From: Deltaproteobacteria bacterium RBG_16_44_11
Lineage (GTDB): Bacteria; Desulfobacterota; Syntrophia; Syntrophales; Smithellaceae
Reading direction: 5' to 3'
Length of the DNA: 50,748 nucleotides
Assembly (NCBI GenBank): GCA_001797845.1
Contig: MGQN01000047.1
Location: forward strand, 1 to 50,748
Positions 19,734 to 28,735 of this stretch are shown here, piece after piece; the first letter of the stretch is position 1, and each line of letters opens with the position of its first letter. Both the position numbers and the translations under genes were made by a program. The notes under the pieces are model-generated. The model made no database searches. It was not told the DNA's origin and was given only the letters and a program-made list of their open reading frames with translations.

Positions 19734-20966
19734 ATGAAAAATAAATTGCCCCTTTTTCTAAAATCTTACGGCTTCTCAATTATTCTAATAATTTCCATTA
19801 TTTTTGGTGCCATTCTGGGAATAATTTTTAAAAAAGATGCGGCCGTTTTAAAGCCGCTAGGTGACATTTTTCTTAATCTCCTCTTTACCGCCATCATTCC
19901 GCTTGTTTTCTTTTCCATTTCTTCCGCTGTTGCCGGCATGACTAATATCCGGCGTCTGGGAAAAATCATGTCGGCGATGATTTTTGTTTTTGTCGTAACA
20001 GGACTTATCGCTTCGATTGTCATGACTATTGGCGTTGTACTTCATCCGCCGGCAACCGGCATCAGAATTGATCTGGGAGCTGGAATAAACATGGAGCACT
20101 TCAAGGCCTCCGAACAGATTGTTAAAGCTTTTACCACTGCCGATTTCGCCGATATTCTTTCCAAAAAAAATATGCTGGCGCTCATCATCTTTTCGATTTT
20201 AATCGGGCTGGCAACTTCTGCCGCAGGCATTCGGGGAAAAGTATTTTCCAACTTTCTTTCCTCGGGAAGTGAGGTAATGATGAAGCTTATTTCCTTCATC
20301 ATGTATTACGCGCCGATCGGCCTTTGCGCTTATTTTGCCTATCTGGTTGGCGTTTTCGGTACTGAACTGCTCGGCTCCTACGCTCGAGCGATGCTGGTTT
20401 ATTATCCGATAGCAATTCTATATTTCTTTATCGCCTTTACCATTTATGCCTTTATTGCCGCCAAAAGAGCAGGTGTACGCCGTTTTTGGCGCAATATTAT
20501 TCCTCCCTCTCTTATTGCCTTGGCTACCGGAAGCTCTATGGCAACGATTCCCGCCAATCTGGATGCCGCCGACAAAACAGGTGTGCCGAAAGATATCAGC
20601 GAAGTCGTCATTCCCATCGGCGCAACGATGCACATGGAAGGCTCATGTTTGGCCGCTATATTGAAAATTGCTTTCTTGTTCGGCATATTTAATATGGATT
20701 TTTCCGGGGTAGAAACTATTGCCACGGCAATAGGGATTGCGCTTTTAACCGGTGTCGTCGTAAGCGGCATACCCGGCGGCGGAACAATTGGTGAGTTGTT
20801 GATAATTTCTCTTTATGGATTTCCGCTGGAGGCCTTCCCGATTATTACGATGATCGGGACACTGGTTGACGCTCCGGCAACAATGGTCAACGCTATCGGT
20901 GATAATGTCTCCAGCATGATGGTTGCACGTGTTTTAGGTGGAAAAGACTGGATGAAAAATATTTAA
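19734..20966 (+). CDS. Dicarboxylate/amino acid:cation symporter (DAACS family)
   Basis: Polytopic protein with GSSMATIPAN (SSxATLP-type) and DAPATMVNAIGD motifs. Confidence 0.85.
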   Translation: MKNKLPLFLKSYGFSIILIISIIFGAILGIIFKKDAAVLKPLGDIFLNLLFTAIIPLVFFSISSAVAGMTNIRRLGKIMSAMIFVFVVTGLIASIVMTIGVVLHPPATGIRIDLGAGINMEHFKASEQIVKAFTTADFADILSKKNMLALIIFSILIGLATSAAGIRGKVFSNFLSSGSEVMMKLISFIMYYAPIGLCAYFAYLVGVFGTELLGSYARAMLVYYPIAILYFFIAFTIYAFIAAKRAGVRRFWRNIIPPSLIALATGSSMATIPANLDAADKTGVPKDISEVVIPIGATMHMEGSCLAAILKIAFLFGIFNMDFSGVETIATAIGIALLTGVVVSGIPGGGTIGELLIISLYGFPLEAFPIITMIGTLVDAPATMVNAIGDNVSSMMVARVLGGKDWMKNI

Positions 20967-20985
20967 TTTAGGAGAGATTCCTTCT

Positions 20986-21246
20986 GTGTTGGTTTTAGGG
21001 TTAATTGTAATCATATTTTTAACTGTATCGGGTTTAATTTTTATTTTCCAACGCTATCTGGAATCGAGGCTAATAAGTACCTTGTTCATGCTACTTGGCA
21101 CTGCGATTGCAGTTATTGGATTGATTACAGCAGCTGTCTTTGAACATTTTGGATATCATTTATTGAGTGATTGGTTTGAATATATAGTCCTAATTCCTGG
21201 AATTATACTTATGCTCGTTGGCTTTTTTTATTACCCCATACCATAA
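20986..21246 (+). CDS. Small hydrophobic membrane protein (hypothetical)
   Basis: 86-aa ORF with a GTG start and three predicted TM segments. Confidence 0.45.
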   Translation: MLVLGLIVIIFLTVSGLIFIFQRYLESRLISTLFMLLGTAIAVIGLITAAVFEHFGYHLLSDWFEYIVLIPGIILMLVGFFYYPIP

Positions 21247-21326
21247 ATTATGCTATTGACGATGCCATCAAAGGAAAAATTCCTTCACCTAAATCTTACA
21301 AACTATCACTGAAAAATAAAATAGGC

Positions 21327-21479
21327 ATGCTAATTGGCTTTATGGGGACAACTGGTGGAATCGTTAAATGCTATTATACATATCCGCCTATTTCTCATAT
21401 AGGAATCGCTTTAATCGTATTTGGATTGCTAATATTTATGATTTCGATAATGTATTTGAAGGAAAAAAAGAAAGAATAA
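21327..21479 (+). CDS. Small membrane protein (50 aa, hypothetical), below the ORF-track cutoff
   Basis: ATG 21327 to TAA 21477-21479, encoding MLIGFMGTTGGIVKCYYTYPPISHIGIALIVFGLLIFMISIMYLKEKKKE. The frame is open upstream to 21180. Confidence 0.3.
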   Translation: MLIGFMGTTGGIVKCYYTYPPISHIGIALIVFGLLIFMISIMYLKEKKKE

Positions 21480-21657
21480 AAACATATCAATAGACGGTAA
21501 TTCTCAATTTTGACAACTGTCAAACATTGAGCTTTAGCAAGTGAAGCTGTTAATCTGAACAAAAATTAAGAGAGGTACGAGTAAAATATACCAACAGAAC
21601 ACTGTATATAACAAAGCTTCTTGACAATTATTCGGCATTGTCTGTATTTTTACGTGC

Positions 21658-21945
21658 ATGAACATTTGCCACAAATGTAATAAAGAAATTGCGCAGGATT
21701 TTTTTGTAGGCAGGCAAGCGCAATGCCCCTCCTGCGGAGCTGATTTGCATTGTTGCCTTAACTGCTTTTTTTATGATGCAGGCTCTTATAATGACTGCCG
21801 CGAACCTCAGGCCGAAAGAGTGCTGGACAAAAGCCGGTCTAATTTTTGTGATTTTTTCAGTTTTAAACAAACAACGAAAACTCCCGGCGCAGTTAATTCT
21901 GGCACTAAAGACAAACTGGAATCGTTATTTAAGAAGAGTTTATAA
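21658..21945 (+). CDS. Cys-rich zinc-ribbon protein (hypothetical)
   Basis: CHKC ... CPSCGADLHCCLNC ... C..C pattern, and a candidate promoter TTGACA (21621-21626) directly upstream. Confidence 0.6.
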   Translation: MNICHKCNKEIAQDFFVGRQAQCPSCGADLHCCLNCFFYDAGSYNDCREPQAERVLDKSRSNFCDFFSFKQTTKTPGAVNSGTKDKLESLFKKSL

Positions 21946-22109
21946 CAAATGAGCTGTTTTTCTTTCAAATTTGTTCTATGATATTGCTCACCGAAATTCA
22001 CCGCCCATGAGTCCCATAAAACAATTGTCCTCTTAAATTAGCCTTCATGTTTTACTTGTGAAAATAAACCAATACATGTTAGTTTTAAGCGAAATGAGTT
22101 CATAATTTT

Positions 22110-23267
22110 ATGCGTAAAATAATTTTCCGGTATATATTTAAAGAAATCGCTATATCCTTTTTCATGATTTTATTTGTTTTGACCTTTGTCCTGCTCATGG
22201 GCAAAATCCTGCAAATCATGGATTTAATGGTCAATAAGGGTGTTAGTTTTTTCTCCATAGCTAAAATTATTACGTTTCTCTTGCCTTCCTTCATGACCTT
22301 GACCATACCCGTCGCTCTCTTAATCGCAATTCTCATTACCATGGGTAAATTTTCCGCAGATAACGAAATAACCGCTCTTAAAGCGTCGGGCATCAGCTTA
22401 ATGCAGATTTTTTACCCTGTGGCCATCGTCTCTCTGGCCGCATTTATGTTTACTATATTCATCAGTCACTATCTCCTGCCGAAAAGTAATTTTGCGACTA
22501 AAAGTCTGCTTTTCGAAATCGCCTCTCAAAACGCGAGCGCCGGCATTAAAGAAAAAGTTTTCAATGCCGACTTTAAAGGCCTTCTCCTTTACGCAGATAG
22601 AATATCGTCCGACGGCCATTATATGGAGGGCGTTATCGTTTCCGATAACCGCATCATCGGCGAGCCAAACACTATTCTATCGAAAAGAGCTTTCCTTGTT
22701 TCTAATCCGGATTTGATGCTCATTAAAATGAGGCTGGAAAACGGTTCGGTACATTCGGTGAGTTCAGACTTTAAAAATTATCGCAAAATTGATTTTGACC
22801 GCTATGATATTAATCTTGATTTATCAAGTAATATTGCTGCATTGAGTGAAGAATCAAAAACGAGTAAAGATATGACCATGGGGGAACTGCTGCAAAGGAT
22901 GAAAATTTCAAATATTGATGAAAAATCTTTCCGCGAATTGGCCATAGAAGTACATAAGAAATTTTCCATTCCCCTTTCTTGTATTTTCTTCGGACTGCTA
23001 GCCCTGCCTTTAGGCATCAGAAGTCATCGTGCGGTCAAATCCCGCGGTTTTGCTGTAGGCATCATTCTCGCCACTTTATATTATCTGTTACGCATCGGCG
23101 GCGAAGCGCTGGTCGAAACCGGATATCTTTCACCTGAGGTCGGCGTATGGACGCCAAATTTGATTTACGCTTTTCTGGGTGCTTATCTCTTCTATATGGC
23201 CTATAAAGAAATATCCCTTTTGCATATGGCAAAAGTGTTTCTCTGGCGTAAAATTTACGGTCACTGA
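22110..23267 (+). CDS. lptF: LPS export ABC transporter permease LptF (YjgP/YjgQ family)
   Basis: Family-typical N-terminus IIFRYIFKEI, six TM segments with a periplasmic insert, paired with a second permease. Confidence 0.85.
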   Translation: MRKIIFRYIFKEIAISFFMILFVLTFVLLMGKILQIMDLMVNKGVSFFSIAKIITFLLPSFMTLTIPVALLIAILITMGKFSADNEITALKASGISLMQIFYPVAIVSLAAFMFTIFISHYLLPKSNFATKSLLFEIASQNASAGIKEKVFNADFKGLLLYADRISSDGHYMEGVIVSDNRIIGEPNTILSKRAFLVSNPDLMLIKMRLENGSVHSVSSDFKNYRKIDFDRYDINLDLSSNIAALSEESKTSKDMTMGELLQRMKISNIDEKSFRELAIEVHKKFSIPLSCIFFGLLALPLGIRSHRAVKSRGFAVGIILATLYYLLRIGGEALVETGYLSPEVGVWTPNLIYAFLGAYLFYMAYKEISLLHMAKVFLWRKIYGH

Positions 23268-23277
23268 GGATTTTATA

Positions 23278-24363
23278 TTGTTGAAAATACTCGACAGATA
23301 CATTATTCGCGAATTCAGTAAATTATTTATTACGATTACTATTACTTTTATTGCACTTTATGTGGTCGTTGATTTTTTCTCCAAATCCCGAATGCTTCTG
23401 AGTAACAACGCCACGATAACGCAAATTGCTTCATACTTCGTTTATTCAATTCCCATGATTATTTCTCTTACTTTGCCTTCGGCTGTCCTTTTGGCTACGT
23501 TAATGACTTACGGCTCATTTTCGAAATTTAACGAAATTACAGCTATGAAAGCCAACGGTATCAGCCTTTACCGGATTTCGCTTCCCGCTTTGATTTTCGC
23601 CGGCGTAATAGCTGTTTTTTTATTTTTTTTCAGCGAGCTCATCACACCCGCGTCAATACAAAAAACAGAACATATCATAAAGATTGATGTGCAAAAGCGG
23701 CAAACTCTCGGCTTCTTCAAGCAAAATGAAATCTGGTACCGCTCGGATAACGCGATTTACAATTTTAAATTATTTGATACGGCTAATAATACCCTGCACG
23801 GTGTAACGATTAATTATTTAAATCTGGATGACTTTACGCTAAAAATGCGCATCGATGCTCAAAGCGCCCAATGGAAAGACGGCCAGTGGATTTTCCATAA
23901 CCTGCTCACCACAACTTTTGACGGCGAAAATTATCCTGTCCTGGAACGATCGCCGGAAAAAATAATTTATATGCCTGAAAAACCGGACGATTTTAAAATA
24001 ATACAAAAAGACGCGGAAAAAATGGGCTATTTTGAACTTCGCAAGTATGCCCAAAAAATACAAAATGAAGGCTATGACGTCACCAGATATAAAGCCGACC
24101 TGCATGGGAAAATAGCTTTCCCCTTTGTTACCGTGATTCTGGTTTTTATCGGTGTATTCTTTTCTCTGCGGTCGGAAAGAAGCGGCGGCATAATGCAAAG
24201 CGTGGGCATGGGTATTTTTATCGGATTTTCTTATTTTATAATCCATGCGTATGGCATATCTTTGGGACGCTCAGGAGTGATATTTCCATTTTTAGGCGCT
24301 TGGGCGGCTAATATTGTATTTATCGGCGCCTCATCTTATTTATTCTATAAGGCGCGCACGTAG
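23278..24363 (+). CDS. lptG: LPS export ABC transporter permease LptG
   Basis: LKILDRYIIREF N-terminus. Start placed at TTG 23278, 7 nt after GAGGA. The listed ORF (23179) runs 99 nt back into lptF. Confidence 0.82.
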   Translation: MLKILDRYIIREFSKLFITITITFIALYVVVDFFSKSRMLLSNNATITQIASYFVYSIPMIISLTLPSAVLLATLMTYGSFSKFNEITAMKANGISLYRISLPALIFAGVIAVFLFFFSELITPASIQKTEHIIKIDVQKRQTLGFFKQNEIWYRSDNAIYNFKLFDTANNTLHGVTINYLNLDDFTLKMRIDAQSAQWKDGQWIFHNLLTTTFDGENYPVLERSPEKIIYMPEKPDDFKIIQKDAEKMGYFELRKYAQKIQNEGYDVTRYKADLHGKIAFPFVTVILVFIGVFFSLRSERSGGIMQSVGMGIFIGFSYFIIHAYGISLGRSGVIFPFLGAWAANIVFIGASSYLFYKART

Positions 24364-24439
24364 TCTTTTTAGAAAACTAAACTGCTAAAACGGCTCTAAA
24401 AGATAACTTATTATTTAGATTTTCGATAAGCTGATAATA

Positions 24440-25864
24440 TTAATATCTGTAATAATCGGGCTTGAAGGGACCATCCACGGATATATTTAGATATTTTGCT
24501 TGTTTTTTGTTCAACTTGGTTATCCTTGCGCCCAATCTATCCAGATGCAACCGGGCTACTTCCTCATCGAGAACTTTCGGCAGAGTGAATACTCCAATTC
24601 CATGTTTTTTAGAGCCTAATTCAATTTGTGCCAGGCATTGATTGGTAAAGCTATTGCTCATGACAAAGCTGGGATGACCTGTGGCACAGCCTAAATTAAC
24701 CAATCTTCCTTCCGCTAATACTATAATGGAGCGTCCCGACTTGAGCTTCCACTTATCCACCTGCGGCTTAATATTTTCTCTTTTACAAGATCTATTTGTC
24801 TCCAAATAGTGCATGTCGATTTCGCTATCAAAATGTCCTATATTACAAACAATAGCTTCATCTTTCATCTTTTCCATGTGTTTGCCGGTGATAACGTCGC
24901 AACAGCCGGTAGCGGTAACAAAAATATCCCCGATACTCAAAACTTCTTCCAGAGTGTTAACTTCATATCCTTCCATCGCCGCTTGCAGGGCGCAAATAGG
25001 ATCGATTTCCGTAATAATCACACGCGCACCAAAACCTTTCATGGACTGGGCGCAACCTTTGCCGACATCACCATAACCGCAAACAACAACTGCTTTTCCG
25101 GCAATCATGATATCCGTCGCTCTTTTAATTCCATCGGCGAGCGATTCACGACATCCATAAAGATTGTCGAATTTTGCCTTTGTCACCGAATCATTGACAT
25201 TTATTGCCGGGAATAAAAGCTCGCCTGCCGCCTGCATTTGATAAAGGCGATGTACGCCTGTGGTGGTTTCCTCGGAAACCCCGCGAATATTAGCGGCTAC
25301 TCTTTGCCATCTTTTCGGGTCACGCTTTATTGCTTCTTCTAACCGGGAAATGATGATTTTAAATTCCTTATTATCAATTTTTTGTTTGAACAGGGAGGGA
25401 TCTTTCTCCATCTTCACCCCCTGATGAATGAACAGTGTCGCGTCTCCGCCGTCATCCACGATTAAATCCGGACCGGAACCGTCCGGCCAGGTCAATGCCT
25501 GCTCGGTGCACCACCAATATTCTTCCAGGGATTCACCTTTCCACGCGAAAACCGCCGCCAAACCATCTTTTGCTATCGCCGCCGCCGCATGATCCTGAGT
25601 GGAAAATATATTGCAGGATGCCCAGCGAAGGTCTGCTCCCAACTCTTTTAATGTTTCGATAAGCATCGCCGTTTGTATCGTCATATGCAGACTGCCCGTT
25701 ATTTTCAATCCGCGCAGAGGTTTCTTGCGGCCGTATTTTTTTCGCACCGCCATAAGGCCGGGCATTTCATTTCTCGCCAATTGCATTTCTTTTCGACCCC
25801 ACGACGCAAGGGTTATATCGGCGATTTTATATTTTAGAGACTTGTCAATTTCCAGATAAGCCAT
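24440..25864 (-). CDS. ahcY: Adenosylhomocysteinase
   Basis: Full-length AhcY similarity ([26 protein letters not shown] loop, C-terminal PDYYRY). Confidence 0.96.
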   Translation of the reverse strand: MAYLEIDKSLKYKIADITLASWGRKEMQLARNEMPGLMAVRKKYGRKKPLRGLKITGSLHMTIQTAMLIETLKELGADLRWASCNIFSTQDHAAAAIAKDGLAAVFAWKGESLEEYWWCTEQALTWPDGSGPDLIVDDGGDATLFIHQGVKMEKDPSLFKQKIDNKEFKIIISRLEEAIKRDPKRWQRVAANIRGVSEETTTGVHRLYQMQAAGELLFPAINVNDSVTKAKFDNLYGCRESLADGIKRATDIMIAGKAVVVCGYGDVGKGCAQSMKGFGARVIITEIDPICALQAAMEGYEVNTLEEVLSIGDIFVTATGCCDVITGKHMEKMKDEAIVCNIGHFDSEIDMHYLETNRSCKRENIKPQVDKWKLKSGRSIIVLAEGRLVNLGCATGHPSFVMSNSFTNQCLAQIELGSKKHGIGVFTLPKVLDEEVARLHLDRLGARITKLNKKQAKYLNISVDGPFKPDYYRY

Positions 25865-25896
25865 TCTTTCTCTCCATATTTGAGCTTACTTTTGAA

Positions 25897-27075
25897 TTAT
25901 TTTAGAGCTTTCTTAAGTTCATCAACCTTATCCGTCTTTTCCCAAAGATACTTCATATCCAGAAACAATGTTTTAGGAAGCTTTTTATAAATATCGCCTT
26001 TGAGCAGATCGAATTTTTCAATCATTCCTTTGGGAGTTAAATCAAAGACCTTATTAACAACTGCCGCTATTTTTTCATCGGGTATTTTCCCCGTGCCGAA
26101 AGTATTGACATAAATGGATATCGGTTGAGCGATGCCGATGGCGTAAGCGAGCTGAACGGAGCATTTTGTTGCCAGTGCGGCGGCAACAATATTTTTGGCG
26201 ACATATCTCGCGCCAAAGGCCGCTGAGCAGTCCACCTTTTCCGGAGTTTTATTGACAATGGAACCGCCGCCCAATTGGGCGCCCGGATAACCTCCATATA
26301 GCTGAACAACTAATTTTCGGCCGGTAACGCCTGAATCCGCCGCGGAACAGGAATTGATGGCGTTCCATTCACCGGTAGGATTGAAAATAAATTTCGTCTT
26401 GTTATCCACCCAGTCCTTTAAACAATCAAAAGCTATTTGGCGAGCCTGATCCTCGATAGATGAACGAAATTTATCCGGTACCTGCCGATAATCGATGGCA
26501 TTAGACATAAGAACTGTAGTTACTCTTTTCGGACGCCAATCGGCGTCATAATCTACGGTTACCTGCCCTTTTCCGTCCGGGGCAAAAATAGGATTACCGC
26601 AATTTTCAAAAGCCCGCATCATCCTGTTTACCAAGACGTATGTTAATGGTAATAATTCGGGCGTTTCATCACAGGCGAAACCATAAATAATTCCCTGATC
26701 TCCCGCCCCAATTTCTTTATGTTTTCCTAAATCAGCTCTTGTCCCGATATTTATATCCGGTGACTGCGGAATAATCGCGTTCAATATACCCATAGAATCG
26801 CCGTTAAGGCCTAAAGCGCAATCTTTATATCCGATGCCGAGCACTGTTTGACGCACTGTTTTTTCGATGTCGATGTAAGTTCTCGTGGAAACTTCGCCGC
26901 CAACAACACAAAGGCCTTTGCCTAAAAATACTTCAATACCACAGTGCGGCATGCAATTTATATCCATGCCTATTTTATTCTCTTCTTCCAATATCCTGGC
27001 AATAATATTAGAGGCAATCGAATCTGATACTATATCCGGATGTCCTATCTTTACGCTTTCAGATGTAATCTGCAT
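25897..27075 (-). CDS. metK: S-adenosylmethionine synthetase, divergent form
   Basis: SESVKIGHPD, GAGDQGIIYGFA, PDGKGQVT, TGRKLVV and KVDCSAAFGARYVAKN align with MetK signatures, but several canonical blocks are altered. Confidence 0.8.
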   Translation of the reverse strand: MQITSESVKIGHPDIVSDSIASNIIARILEEENKIGMDINCMPHCGIEVFLGKGLCVVGGEVSTRTYIDIEKTVRQTVLGIGYKDCALGLNGDSMGILNAIIPQSPDINIGTRADLGKHKEIGAGDQGIIYGFACDETPELLPLTYVLVNRMMRAFENCGNPIFAPDGKGQVTVDYDADWRPKRVTTVLMSNAIDYRQVPDKFRSSIEDQARQIAFDCLKDWVDNKTKFIFNPTGEWNAINSCSAADSGVTGRKLVVQLYGGYPGAQLGGGSIVNKTPEKVDCSAAFGARYVAKNIVAAALATKCSVQLAYAIGIAQPISIYVNTFGTGKIPDEKIAAVVNKVFDLTPKGMIEKFDLLKGDIYKKLPKTLFLDMKYLWEKTDKVDELKKALK

Positions 27076-27295
27076 TCTTAAATCTCCCTGTAAATATTTT
27101 TTATGTAAGTATTAAAATACGGATGATGCAATTAGCATATATACGCATTTTAGTTAAATCATTTTTTCGATTTTTTTTAGATTATATTTTAAAGGTAATA
27201 CCTTAATATGATAAAATAAAAAATATTACTACAATAATGAACTGATATTATTGGTATATTAATCATAAGACAGAAGTCATCTTGTTAAATTTAAC

Positions 27296-27646
27296 CTATT
27301 TTTTTATTCTATTTTTAGAGTCTACCAAAACACACTGGGGATGCCATTTGGCAATATCTTTTTCTTCCACCATAACATAAGTGGCAATGATAATTAAATC
27401 TCCCTTAGATACTTTACGCGCCGCGGCACCATTTAGACAAATTGTCCCGGAATTTCTCTTGGCTTTTATGGCATACGTGGAAAATCTTTCCCCATTCGAA
27501 ACATTGTAGATAGCTACTTTTTCATATGGCACAATCGCCGCTTTCTCCATAAGATTTTCATCAATGGAAATGCTTCCTTCGTAGTGCAAGTCCGCATCGG
27601 TTACAGTGGCGCGATGGATTTTAGATTTTAACATGAATCTTTGCAT
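27296..27646 (-). CDS. panD: Aspartate 1-decarboxylase
   Basis: [12 protein letters not shown] and the self-processing site YEGSISID. Confidence 0.95.
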   Translation of the reverse strand: MQRFMLKSKIHRATVTDADLHYEGSISIDENLMEKAAIVPYEKVAIYNVSNGERFSTYAIKAKRNSGTICLNGAAARKVSKGDLIIIATYVMVEEKDIAKWHPQCVLVDSKNRIKK

Positions 27647-27675
27647 AGTCGTTAATACTCCTTAAAGGCTATGTT

Positions 27676-28533
27676 TTATATATTCAGATTTTCGCCAAAA
27701 ACGTGATTATCTATAAGTCTCGTCTTTGACACCTTTACGGCTAATGCAATAACTGCATCACCGGTTATTTCCTCAACATTGGTAAGCGTTTTTGTATCGC
27801 AAATTTTAATATAATCGATATCAACATAAGGAACGCTTTTAATTAATTTCCCCACTTCTTTTATTATTGCCGAAGCTTTTCTTTCTCCGTTATCATAAAG
27901 TTTCTGCGCCAATTTTAGGGAAGAAACCAAAATTAGGGCGGATGGTTTTTCATTTTCTTCCAGGTAAACATTACGCGAGCTCATGGCCAGCCCGTCCGCT
28001 TCGCGAACAGTGGGTAATCCGACTATTTCCAAGTCAAGATTTAGATCATCTACCATTCTTTTAATAGTTATATACTGCTGAAAATCCTTCTTCCCAAAAA
28101 CGACGATATGCGGTTTAACAATGTTGAAAAGTTTGGCGCAAACCGTTGTTACACCGCGAAAATGTCCCGGACGTGATAATCCGCATAAATCTTTGGTTAC
28201 CTCTTCCACACTCACATAAGTTTGGTAATTTCCCGGATACATTTCTTTATCCGATGGATAAAAAATTACGTCAACACCGGCACCTTCAGCCATTTTTGAG
28301 TCACGTTCAAAATCACGAGGATATTTTGACAAGTCTTCTTTTGGTCCAAATTGCGTGGGATTAACATATATACTGACAATCAGTATATCGGCCATTTTTT
28401 TAGCTTCTCTCATAAGATTAAGGTGACCTTCATGAAAATATCCCATCGTGGGAACGAAGGATAATCGCTTCCCTTTTAACCGGAGACCTTCTGAATAAGC
28501 TTGCATTTCAGTTATAGAATTTATAATTTTCAT
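27676..28533 (-). CDS. panC: Pantoate--beta-alanine ligase
   Basis: FVPTMGYFHEGHLNLM HIGH-type motif and full-length PanC similarity. Confidence 0.95.
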   Translation of the reverse strand: MKIINSITEMQAYSEGLRLKGKRLSFVPTMGYFHEGHLNLMREAKKMADILIVSIYVNPTQFGPKEDLSKYPRDFERDSKMAEGAGVDVIFYPSDKEMYPGNYQTYVSVEEVTKDLCGLSRPGHFRGVTTVCAKLFNIVKPHIVVFGKKDFQQYITIKRMVDDLNLDLEIVGLPTVREADGLAMSSRNVYLEENEKPSALILVSSLKLAQKLYDNGERKASAIIKEVGKLIKSVPYVDIDYIKICDTKTLTNVEEITGDAVIALAVKVSKTRLIDNHVFGENLNI

Positions 28534-28543
28534 TTTTTACACT

Positions 28544-28579
28544 AAAAAAGCCCCTCGTCGCAAGACGAGAGGCTTTTTG
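28544..28579 (-). terminator. Intrinsic terminator / candidate attenuator 10 nt upstream of the panC start
   Basis: Minus strand GCCUCUCGUC-UUGC-GACGAGGGGC (10-bp stem with one mismatch) followed by U6. Confidence 0.75.
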
Positions 28580-28637
28580 GTTTTTCTATGTTCTTTCTTC
28601 CTTCCGTCCCGGTCCTTACGGATCCAAGCGTGAAATA

Positions 28638-28667
28638 ATTATATCAATATTTAATAATCTTTGTCAA
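28638..28667 (-). promoter_or_regulatory. Near-consensus promoter TTGACA-18 nt-TATAAT with extended -10 TG
   Basis: Minus strand TTGACA at 28667-28662 and TGaTATAAT ending at 28638. It lies between the transglycosylase stop and the terminator. Confidence 0.55.
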
Positions 28668-28735
28668 GAAAATAAATTAATGACCATGCGTATCAATTTA
28701 AACAGATGAAAAAAGTCCTGCGCATAAATAATAAT

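Noticed and set aside
21628-22001. Minus-strand ORFs of 80 and 64 aa opposite the zinc-ribbon gene
   Set aside because: The plus-strand Cys-rich ORF has the coherent CxxC pattern and an upstream promoter. The minus-strand ORFs are its shadows.
27076-27295. SAM riboswitch upstream of metK
   Set aside because: The 220-nt leader is extremely AT-rich and lacks the GC-rich helices and conserved cores of the SAM-I, SAM-II and SAM-V classes. It contains only an SD (AGGGAGA).
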